Below are positions 14,627-24,692 of a stretch of 64,000 bases of DNA, in pieces (within the stretch, counting starts at the first letter, position 1; every line of letters begins with the position of its first letter). The position numbers and the translations under genes are program-made. The notes under the pieces are model-generated. The model was given only the letters and a program-made list of their open reading frames with translations, ran no database searches and was not told the DNA's origin. Origin of the DNA: Epiperipatus broadwayi (lineage: Eukaryota; Animalia; Onychophora); the NCBI GenBank assembly GCA_028023455.1, contig JAQFVV010000005.1:12400001-12464000 (forward strand), given 5' to 3'.

Positions 14627-14944
14627 ATGGGTCTGCCTGTTGTTGCACAAGTTTGCAATTTTGTTTTGTCTACATGTAAGAATAGTATTTTAGATATGTG
14701 TACTTTTAAAGATATTAAAATTTACAAAAGGTATGTGGATACTTTTTTCGTTTGTGGAAATATTAGTACTATTAATTTGTTTGTAGAGGAGTTAAATAAT
14801 TTGAATAGCTTGAAATGGACTATTGAAAAGGAACAGGACAAAAATATTAAATATTTGGCTTCAATTATTACAACAGATAATAGGATAAGTTATAAATTAA
14901 TAATCAAACCATTGCAAAAAATGGGATATATAAATTGTAAATGA
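14627..14944 (+). pseudogene. PLE reverse transcriptase fragment
   Basis: MGLPV (cf. MGSPLS), YKRYVDTFF (cf. RYVDDTF), LN...KWTIEKEQ...KYL (cf. LN..I.FT.E.E...PFLD), KP. Confidence 0.8.
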
Positions 14945-15142
14945 AAAGTATCAATTATGCATAAGATGGCAAGTTTAGATCTTTTTTGTTTCGTAATGAA
15001 AAATTATGTCACTACCAGTATGATAAATTAAAAAATATTGAGATATTTGCCAAGGAATTGCTTGAAATTGGTTATACAATACTATATGTCAATTTAAAAA
15101 GAATTACAATGATTTAAAGGAATTGAAGATTGATAATAAAAA

Positions 15143-15454
15143 ATGGATATCTGTTTCATATATTTCAAATACTCAAGTGAAATTTTTTTAAAGATATATA
15201 TAAGAATGGGTGTTAATAAGTTAGGAAATAATTCTAAAAATATCATACCTGTCAAGCAGAAAAGTAATGTTGTGTATCAAATTTTTTGTGGATGTATGTT
15301 ATCATATATAGGTAAATTGAAATGCAATATTGAAAAAAAATTAAAGGAGCATGAATACAAGTGTGTGAAAAATAATAATGATTTAATCATTATTTCAGTT
15401 TTTTTGAATCATGAAAGAACATATAAATATAAATCTGATATTGAAAGTTCATGA
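15143..15454 (+). pseudogene. GIY-YIG endonuclease fragment
   Basis: KSNVVYQIFCGCMLSYIGK...KLKEH matches the PLE VVY.I.C.C...YIG.T.R.L..R..EH pattern. Confidence 0.85.
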
Positions 15455-15800
15455 AGAGAGAAAAGATAATGAAAGAAAAATTAAGGAGACAATTTTAATA
15501 AATGGAAATAAAATGAGTATGATTAATAGATTAAGCTGCTAACATTAAAATTCAGGATTTGAGTTGATGATATTTGCTTCAGTTATGTTTTTTGAATTTA
15601 ACAGTAGTTGAGGAGGGTTAAAGAATTAATCAAAAGTACTTCTGCAGATTGAAAAACTGTATATAAGAGTTAATTATTATTATAGTTATTATTTTTTTTT
15701 TTATTATAATAGTTTTTAATTAACAGACATTTTATTTGTAAATATATTTATAAGACATATTTTGCGGGTTCATCTGTGTTAAAATATTTTAAAGAATTGA

Positions 15801-15847
15801 TATACTGACGTTTCGACTTGGTAACGCAAGTCATTCACAGAGTGATA
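15801..15847 (-). ncRNA. Degenerate PLE-type minimal hammerhead
   Basis: Reverse complement reads ATCACT CTGTGAAT GACTTG CGTTAC CAAGTC GAA ACGT C AGT: 6-bp stem II, ACGT palindrome, GUC triplet. The CUGANGA box is corrupted. Confidence 0.5.
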
Positions 15848-18141
15848 AAAGGTAGAAAGACGGTTGTAGAGGCGCTACAATCACTGATTTGAAAAAAACG
15901 TTAAAGTTCCACCAATAGCAAAAATGTTAAATTAAGAATGTTTTTTAAAAAAATCTTTCCAAATAGGAGGAAGTTTGCATGTATCATCTTGCTTATTGAT
16001 ACAATCTGGCCTTTTAAATACCTCAATAGCTTCTCTAATTTTGCATTGGTATAGATTATCACATCTGGATATGATCCTGGCACTAGAAAAATTAATTTTA
16101 TGACCTGAATCAAATGCATTTTGATAACATTAAAAGTAATTTATTGATGTTTGACTGTAATCAAGGAAATTTAGATACAAAAAAAAGGAAGTGAGAATGG
16201 TAAACGAATTGTGATTCCTAGTTGTGATTAATGAAAAGATAGAGTATTGAAAATTTATTTTGAAATCTAGAAAGAGGATTAGGATGAATTGTATGGAGAG
16301 TGAGAGAAATAAAAAGATATACAAAGCAAAAATAGTAGAAATGTTTTGATTTTCTGTTGATGTTTTTATTGTGAAAATAATGAATATAAAGAAAAGATAC
16401 TGAAATTAACAGACTTTTATTAAAATGGGATAGGCAAAACAATTTTCTAACAATTTTTAACTATTAAATAAAAATAGTTAGTTATCCATTCACCAAATTT
16501 TAATAGATGATTATCTGAGTCAGTTACATAAACAAAAAAAAAAAACTTTAGCTGATCAGAATCTAGTTTTATACATGTTGAGTTTCAAACCAAGGTTGTA
16601 AGTTTAGTAGGTGTATAGGCTATTTTTTAATCACAAAATTCTTTATATACATAATGTTGTTTTTTAAATAATTATGTTAAATACAGTGCTTTATGTATTT
16701 TTAAAATTGAATGGATTTTTTTATTGAGTTAATTAAACTATTGCATGAATATTTAAACAATAGTCTCGTTGATTAAAATTCCTATTGTTTATTTTGAGTC
16801 AAGCCTAATTAATCTTAAACTATATCAGCTACCTAAAACGTATAGGGTAATAAGTCTGCAGTTATAAATAGCTCTTAATGATCATTGGTTTTAAAAATGT
16901 TTCTGCAGCTAAAAATATTTTCTAGGTTTTTCAGTATAATTCTGTTAATCAGAAATAAATCTCCTGACTATTTTTGCTGAATAATCCAAAGTCAAAAACT
17001 ATCAACTCTTCTCTGCCTTCATTAGCAGTTTTGAAGACAGTTGCTGATATTGTGATGCTAATCTTTTTTATTACTTCATATTTAGCTATAATTCCATTTC
17101 TTCACTGTTCTTTAATTCTAATAACAGATTAAGTAATAACAGATTAAGCTACTTTCAGGGATAATTGTGATGATACTACTAATCCTTAATTTACATTTGG
17201 CTTCATTTATTATGACTTCATTATATATTCTATATATAAGCTGATGAAGTAGAATGACTATATTATAATTCACAAACACCAAATTTGTAAATAGTAAACT
17301 AAATTATTATGCTGGCTAAATAAATCAAATCATTAATCAAATTACCAATTATAAATTTAAATTACTTAATATTAAATTATAAATGAAATTCTCATTCCAT
17401 AATTAATTAACTGGAAAAAATGACATCCTGTTGAAAGTAGTAACAAGATGTCAATTTCCCTATTTCCTCATTAATTAATCATGAATTCCTAACATCTGGA
17501 CTATAAGTACATAACTATATATTTGAATATAATAACATTAATTGTAGTTTATATAAATAGAAAATTTCTATATTTTCTCGAAGAAATGGATTAATTAACT
17601 GTTGATTGATATTTTCAAGGCATAATGAGATTAATAAAAAGCTTCCAGACATAGAGGTTGTTGTTTCTTTAATCTATGAAGATTTATTTCTGTAATTAAT
17701 TAGAACTGATAAATATATTTTAAATGAAAATGCTACATATTAAATTTAAAATTACTGAAAGTAAATACTAAAGTTCCTTTTAATATTTGTTTATCTTAAG
17801 TTTATCTTTTGATAGGATATAATGGCATTATCAGAAACACTCAATTCTCCATACTTTATATAGTTTTGGCCATAGGTAATATCATATGAAAGTTGAAGTA
17901 ATAATCTTATCTATCTATTATATTAGGAAATAACCACATAGATGCTTACCATTTTTTTTTCAACTAGCTTTTCTATAGTATTGGATTTCCTCACTAAATA
18001 CCCAGAACTACTTATTATTTGACACTTTCTTGTTGATTTATTAAATTCTTTTTAAATCAAATAGTCTTCATTAACCTGTTGATGATGCAGGGAATTAGAA
18101 ATATTCTCCAATAGCTTTACACGAATGGCTGAAAGACGTCA

Positions 18142-18444
18142 ATGAGAAACAGCATCAAACATGACTCCATGCTCAGCAAATCATGCAATTACAATCTCCT
18201 TGCATTCCGGTACAACTCAGATGATGATTATTGTTTGAACCGGCATGTTCTCATCAGCACTATGACTGAAGTGTGTCCTTATTGCAAGGCTATGAAATTT
18301 AATGGAGAAATGAAAGGAATGTGTTGCACTGCCGGAAAAATTAAACTGCCTCAATATGGAGAACCGCCCGAGCCATTAAAATATATCGCTGAATCAAAGC
18401 ATTTCCTATCTAACATCAGGAAATACAACTCATGCTTCCAATGA
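18142..18444 (+). pseudogene. Helitron RepHel N-terminal fragment
   Basis: CPYCKAMKF...MCC.AGKIKLP..GEPPEPL...[14 protein letters not shown] is the typical Helitron N-terminal signature. Confidence 0.85.
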
Positions 18445-19037
18445 TGTCTAACATTCAAAGTGAGGCAGTCATATACAAGTCTGTCAACACTGTTGTGGAA
18501 GCAGATGAAGTGGTTAATTATCCAATAGAATTTTTGAATTCACTTGATCTGCCAGGGATGCCACCGCATGTACTGCAATTGAAAATTGGCGTGCCAATTA
18601 TCATGTTGCAATATATCAAACAGCCAAAGCTTTGCAATGGCATGTGGCTTGAAGTAAAAAAATTAATGAGCAATATCGTAGAAACAACAATTTTGACAGG
18701 ACCTTTCAAAGGTGAAGATGTCCTCATTCTTCACATTCCCATGATTCCAACGGATATGCCATTTCAATTTAAGAGATTGCAATTCCCAATTCGATTGGCA
18801 TTTGCATTCACCATCAACAAAGCTCAGGTCCAATCTTTAGAATTGTGCGGTTTAATCTGGACATGGATTGCTTCTCACAGGGACAATTATAAGTTGCGTG
18901 TTCTAGAGTCAGCAAACCAGACAATCTCTATATCTGCACAGACAATGGAACAACAAAAAATATTGTATACCCACAAGCATTGTGAAATTAAACATATTAG
19001 AAATGTGTGCTTTCTCTTTTCTTTCTTTTCCATTTAA
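18432..19037 (+). pseudogene. Helitron PIF1-like helicase C-terminal fragment
   Basis: [27 protein letters not shown]...LCNG..L...[23 protein letters not shown]. Confidence 0.92.
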
Positions 19038-20448
19038 CCAGACTGAGCCACAGCAACGCATGGCCAGGTATGACTAGTTATAAATAATTTTTATTTGAGA
19101 AAACAAAATAAATACATATTATTTTCTTCCTTGTTTTATTGCGCATTAATTAACCTAATTTAATTTTTTTTTTTTCACAAATTCTGATTCTAAAAGATAA
19201 AAATGCTATGGAAGAGAATCATTCTTGACCTATGTTGGTATCACATTAACATGACCAAAACATTGTGAAACATTTAGATATAAAGGTTGTAGTAACTGAA
19301 AAATCTGCATTTCCACATAATTAGTGCTTCTACAATTCCATTACTTCCATATGATATTCATTGTAGGGCCTACAAATTTCAGAGTTTTGGCAAAAAAAAA
19401 AAAAAAGAAACATAGCTCATGCAGGTCTGGATTTTGCTAAATGCAAGGCCTTGGTTGCAGTCGCACTATTCATAGGTTGGCTCTCTTCATAGGACTAGAG
19501 GAGCTGGAATTCAGTTTACACAAAGAAGCTATTTGCCCATGCAGTGGCCCTCAATGGAGCTATCAAGGTCCTAAAGTGAAGATACACCATTTCATTGCAA
19601 ACATTAGCTATACCGCAAAGAACTAGATTTACATAGTTTGTCAATCGTTATGCAGTTGAATCATATCTAAACGATGGTATACACTGTATAAATACTGTAA
19701 ATATAAATTTTGTATTGTTAATATGATTGATAAATATCTGTATATTTATTGGTAGAGTTGTGTGTTTTTCTTCAATGACCATAAATATTACTTTTATTTA
19801 TACTACAGTATAACACAGCATTTTGTTATCTATTCTGTATAACAATGTTTTGTATTTTTTTATAATTTATTTTCCTTTACATTTAATTATAAATAATTCT
19901 GAAAGTTACTTAACTTTGCTTTTGAAATATGTCTAATTAATTCCAAACAATTTTTTGTTTGAATTATCTACTGGATTTAATCTTTTTGCTAATACCAATA
20001 TTTCTGTAAATGATTTAAATACACATATTTAAGAATTATTTTAATTTTATAATAAATATGCAACTGAGAGCATCCATTGTTTTTCATTTTCGATAAATAG
20101 AAAAAAAAAATTACAATTATTAGGAAAATTGATTTAACTCATACAGAAATTTTTGTAAAGTATATATATATTGTTGTGTCTGGGTCTCCATTCACTGGCC
20201 ACTTTCTATATCCAAAAGGCAATTGCTGTATTGAGGGCACTCATCTGAAGATGATAGAAGAAAACAGTACCTTGTCATTTGAGCCTATAAATACTCCACC
20301 ACCAATTTTAAGTGCATGGATTCACAACATCAAGGAACATGTATCAAGGGTTGTCCAAATATCACTGAAAATGCTAGAAGGCAAAAAAAACCTATTGTGA
20401 GGTATATAAATTATTGTACCCTGCACAAAGTGCCATTCATACAGAAAC

Positions 20449-20986
20449 TTATTAAAACAGGCAAAACTCTCTATACATATTGCCACTCAGTGCAAGCCAC
20501 AGTAGTCAATGGATTCCAGAAGGCTTGTGCATAAAATCCCCATCTAGTGCCTACTCTAGTGCCTACTCATCCAACATCCCCAGACTAGTTTCTAGCTTGT
20601 GACTATCGTCAGTGAGGAGCCTTGGATCTGAGAGCACTGCAACTAGATCTTAAGATCTAATGCAACCCTCCAGCAGCCACCTTTTATCTCTACTTAACTA
20701 CAAAACTATGAGACTTAAATTGAAAACTCTAATATTTTCAATCCAAGCTCATCAGCTTATATAGTCATATAGGTCTGAACTCAGTTCAGTACCTTTATAT
20801 TTTGGTGTCTTTGGTTCTTTAATAACCTTAGCCATCACTATTGGTTTTAAGCCAATAGACATCACTATCCATTGATTACTCTGGCTTGCACTGAGTTAGT
20901 ATGTATAGAGAGTTTTGCCTGTTTTAATAACAGTTAAGAGCAAGCATAAGAAATAGTGATCGTGTGATGTTTATTGGCTTAAAACC
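20449..20986. mobile_element. HHR family A fold-back insert
   Basis: ~415-nt antisense unit (20449-20865) followed by sense sequence 20867-20986 ending in the tail TTGGCTTAAAACC. Possible degenerate TSD (CATACAGAAACTT / CCTATAGAACTT). Confidence 0.92.
20577..20618 (-). ncRNA. Minimal type I hammerhead, intact core
   Basis: Reverse complement reads TCCTCA CTGACGA TAGT CACAA GCTA GAA ACTAGT C TGGGGA: 6-bp stem I, 4-bp stem II, palindromic stem III, GUC triplet. Confidence 0.88.
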
Positions 20987-22756
20987 TATAGAACTTGGAC
21001 TTAATAATCCAAAAGTCCAGACTCTGGCAGCTGGAGCCTAAATACGTGGAATTTGTCATTAAATTTAAACTCGTCTCCTTACCTACAAGTCACTTCCTGG
21101 TTTGGAGGAGGGGTATCGCAGGCTTGATTCCTTGTGTCAGTTATGCAAAATTGATGAAGAAACAACAATGCAGCACCTATTTTAGAAACGCCCCTTCCTG
21201 TGGCCCTTAAGATCTCTCGTTGTCAGCAGTGTCGCTGACGATAACAAAGATGTGTTATCGCTTAACAAGGCATTAAAAAGTACCACCTTTTCCACAATTA
21301 GAATGGCTATCTTTCTATTGTTTGCTGTGTGGCTCACCAGATGCAAGCTTGTGATCAGTCGGGTGAGTTATAGTGCACAGAAAGTTTTTATATTAATCAT
21401 TACTGATATTAAAAAAAGGAATAGACTGCTGGCGCCGGAGTGGCTGCATCGAGACTCCTGGGCCAGTTACAATTACCCAGACGATGAGGGACCACCACCT
21501 CGGAAACTAAGACATTCTAAAGCTACGTTCTTTGTAACCGATCTCTGATTTCAATCAAAGATGCACCATGTTAAATACTCTGTATATTTGAATTGTAATC
21601 AAGAATAAATTTTCTTTTTTTTTTTTTTAATAAAAAAAAGAGTTTCCTCTAAATTGAACTTTTTTAATAACGATAATTTTAGAAAACTTGATGGATTCAA
21701 TTAATAGATGTCACCACTTGCTCGAGAGTAAAAAAATTGATCACAATACTGTTTTTTTTTTGGACATAATTTTGAAATCAAGAGGACGGAGAATGAATGC
21801 TTATCAAATTTAGGTGAGGTTCTGGCTCGGCAGATTTATCTTTCTCATTTTAGAAATATATATCAGTTTATAAGTTATTAGAATTTATGTTGGATTTTAG
21901 TAACGTTTTATTGCAATTTGAGTGCTTAATTAAAAATATATTTTTTAAAAAGTAAATATTTTAAATTAATTTTTGTATTTATTCTATTCTGATACTTTTT
22001 TTAAATGATTAAGCACTTAAAATTTCACTTCCGCGCATTAAATTTTTGCAAATTAATATGGTCAATGTATGCTTATAAACGTAACTGAGTTCCAAAAATT
22101 CTCTTATATAATGTTATTCTACATGCTTTTATTTTTCATAAATTAATTTTTTTTAACTTTTTTTTAATACTGAATCTTTAGAAAATTTTATATTTATTTT
22201 TACATGTTGTATGCTTCCTATAAGCAACTTTCGTTTACACTTCATTTTTTCAAAAAGATTGATTGAAGAAAAGAATATTTCTTATCAGCTTTGTCTAAAT
22301 TCATTAAAAACGCAATGTTGATAATATCTTTTTGTACTTTATTTGTTCTAATTTGTGAGGATGTCTTCTAATTTTAATAATCACCCATTACGCCAATTTG
22401 CAATAAATGCTGTCTATAAAAGAAAAACATTTTATAATAACATATTTATATTTTTAAAGAGGAAATATTGCAGTTAGAAATCAATCCCTACCCAGCGTGT
22501 GTGTAGTGAAAATAACACCGTAGAAATATTATTTATTAAGTGAAATATCATTGCAATTATATTCCTCTCTTTTTGCTTTTTAACCATAATTCATCCGTGG
22601 TAAAGTGTGGAACATTTGCAAATATATAGTGTAAAAAACTTCTTTCTAAAAGACATTAATTTATGTTAATATGTATAGTTATTTTATAAAGTCCTGTTTT
22701 TTTCACTTTATATTTACTTGTGTCCAGTATTTTAGAAGTTTTGTTTATAACAAAGC

Positions 22757-23508
22757 ACGGATAATTCAACCAATGACGTATTTGACTTACCGATTTCCCT
22801 TCCGGTAGACATCGACGTTTTTTGCATGACAATGTTGTCATGGCAACCAAGTGACTGGCGTGATTAATCCATCACTTGGAGACGTTATCTTAAAATCGCA
22901 ACATTAGACTGATATGCCTTCAGGGTAATACGTCATCGGTTGAATTATCCGTATTGACCTTATTTTCTATTTAATGCATGTACATTTTCAATAATTTTTT
23001 AAATCAAATTAGCAATATACAGTACGTTTTTATATTTTGTAAATTTTTGTTTTTTTGTATTTTTTTTAATTTTGTATTTTTTTTTTCAGGACCAAGAAAC
23101 ATGGTGTTGTTTGTTTTCTGCCCGCCAAGAAGCCATCTAAAAAACCACGTGACCATATCATCCTTTTTTTTTTTTTAATATGTAAATTGTTTTAATTTTG
23201 TATATTTTTGTCATGTGACCATTGTTTTGTACTTTGTCATGTGACCTTTTTTTTTTTTTGATCCTGTGACCTGCGTCACATTTTTGTCTATTTTTTATGT
23301 TTTTTATCACGTGATCAACCGATGACGTATTATCCTGAAGGCATATCAGTCTAACCTTGCGATTTTCAACGTACCGTATTCATGTGATCTGCGGACACAT
23401 ATTAGTGACTAAATGTGTCTGCAGATCACTTGAAGACGTTATCTTAAAAATCACAACATTAGACTGATATGCCTTCAGGGTAATACGTCATCGGTTGAAT
23501 TATCCGTA
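22757..23508. repeat. Cluster of direct and inverted copies of an ~84-bp CpG-rich motif around a 17-bp hairpin
   Basis: Near-identical direct copies at 22871-22953 and 23425-23508, inverted partials at 22757-22782 and 23315-23372, and hairpin GTGATCTGCGGACACAT / ATGTGTCTGCAGATCAC at 23384-23429. Confidence 0.85.
22834..22847. promoter_or_regulatory. RFX X-box-like site
   Basis: GTTGTCATGGCAAC fits the GTHNYY-AT-RRNAAC X-box consensus and lies in a CpG-retaining region with several CATGTGAC/CACGTGA E-box-like motifs. Function not shown. Confidence 0.35.
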
Positions 23509-23540
23509 AGTACCATGAGTTATAATTAATTAATTCAATT

Positions 23541-23860
23541 TTGCAAATATTTTTTTATCTGCATATTAAAGTGATTTTTCTTCTTTATAACCTAATTTTT
23601 TTTTTTAATGTATCAAAGCATCAGCCAGGAAGCAAACCCTAGGACAACTGCTTGTGCTAACCATTCAGCCACCAAATGCACTTTCGGTGAAGTTCACCAT
23701 AATCATGCAAACATTTGTTCATTTGCATAATGAAGTGATTTCTTTCTTCTTTATAGCGTAATGCTAAGTCGTGATTATAGTAAACTTCACTGAAAGTGCA
23801 CTTAGCATTAGGTTATAAATAAGAAACCATTTCGATATGCAGATGAACAAACATTTGCAA
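23541..23860. repeat. Interleaved direct and inverted repeats (BC...A-B-C-A'-C'-B')
   Basis: 23675-23708 pairs with 23770-23803, 23732-23770 with 23800-23835, and 23707-23731 with 23836-23860. 23541-23596 is another direct BC copy. Confidence 0.75.
23618..23673 (-). mobile_element. Degenerate tRNA-derived SINE head
   Basis: Reverse complement GGTGGCTGAATGGTTAGCAC (A box) ... GGGTTTGCTTCCTGGCTG (B box with CpG decay). Too degenerate for a tRNA cloverleaf. Confidence 0.5.
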
Positions 23861-24125
23861 ATTTAAATTACAAATACAAATGAAGGGAAGAATCAATATT
23901 ATAATTAGCTAAATAAGTAACTCTTTTTTTAAAAAAAAAAAAAAATTGATCCATTAATTCTGATGTATAAAATTGTAATGTACAGAATTTGAAAGAAAAT
24001 AAGTATATCGATAATAAAACAGGCAAAACTCACTATACGTATTGCCACACCAGCAAGCTAGAGTAATCAATGGATGCCAGAAGGCTTGTGCATAAAATCC
24101 TCATCTAGTGCCTACTCATCCAATA

Positions 24126-24167
24126 TCCCCAGACTAGTTTCTGGCTTGTGGCCTTTGTCAGTGAGGA
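24126..24167 (-). ncRNA. Minimal type I hammerhead, core-mutated (CUGACAA, G8A by CpG decay)
   Basis: Reverse complement reads TCCTCA CTGACAA AGGC CACAA GCCA GAA ACTAGT C TGGGGA. Confidence 0.72.
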
Positions 24168-24650
24168 GCCTTGGATCTGAGAGCACTGCACCTAGATCTT
24201 AGGACCTATCTAATGCAACCTTCTAGCAGCCACCTTTTATCTACCTTTAACTACAAAACTATGAGTCTTAAATTGAAAACGCCTTAATATTTTCAATCCA
24301 AGCTCATTAGCTTATATAGTCATATATGTCTGAACTCAGTTCAGTACCTATAACAGTTATAAGCAAGCATAAGAAATGGTGATCATGTGATATTTATTGG
24401 CTTAAAACCAATCCTGCCTAAAAGGATAGTGGTGTCTATGGATATTAAAAAACCAAAGACACCAAAATGTATAGGTACTGAACTGAGTTCAGACCTATAA
24501 TACTATATAAGCTAATGAGCTTGGATTGAAAATATTAAGGTGTTTTCAATTTAAAACTCATAGTTTTGTAGTTATGTGGAGATAAAAGGTGGCTGCTAGA
24601 GAGTTGTATTAGATTCTAAGATCTAGGTGCAGTGCTCTCAGAACCAAAGC

Positions 24651-24692
24651 TCCTCACTGACGAAGGCCACAAGCCAGAAACTAGTCTGGGGA
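24651..24692 (+). ncRNA. Minimal type I hammerhead, intact core
   Basis: TCCTCA CTGACGA AGGC CACAA GCCA GAA ACTAGT C TGGGGA. Predicted cleavage after 24686. A-A mismatch at the base of stem II. Confidence 0.88.

Larger units (their letters stand above)
14500..15850 (+). mobile_element. Penelope-like element relic (RT C-terminus + GIY-YIG + inverted HHR-like motif)
   Basis: ORF remnants carry PLE RT and GIY-YIG motifs in the canonical order, followed by an AT-rich 3' region and an antisense HHR-like motif. Confidence 0.8.
17910..19077 (+). mobile_element. Internally deleted Helitron (~1.17 kb)
   Basis: Candidate 5' end A|TCTATCTATTATAT. 3' GC hairpin GCCACAGCAACGCATGGC (19047-19064) then CTAG|T. 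Rep N-terminal and PIF1-like helicase C-terminal remnants are fused near 18445. The 5' end is less certain. Confidence 0.85.
20170..21610 (+). mobile_element. 3' part of a non-LTR retrotransposon (Tx1/L1-like zinc knuckle), interrupted by an HHR insert
   Basis: CQLCKIDEETTMQHLF*KRP (cf. C.LC...ET..HLF..CP) preceded by an F..K...LPT...L..RG-like segment. GC-richer than flanks, with AATAAA at the end. Clade call tentative. Confidence 0.6.

Noticed and set aside
20730-20755. Second HHR-like core inside family A (reverse complement CTGATGA GCTTGGATT GAA AATATT A, with palindromic AATATT)
   Set aside because: Stem II and stem I do not pair, and the two other copies read CTAATGA. The bases are better explained by local hairpins AAGCT/AGCTT and ATTGAAAA/TTTTCAAT.
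23770-23812. GAA-AGTGCACT-T flanked by AATGCT/AGCATT, resembling an HHR stem III and stem I
   Set aside because: No CUGANGA core; the pairing is a by-product of the local inverted repeats.
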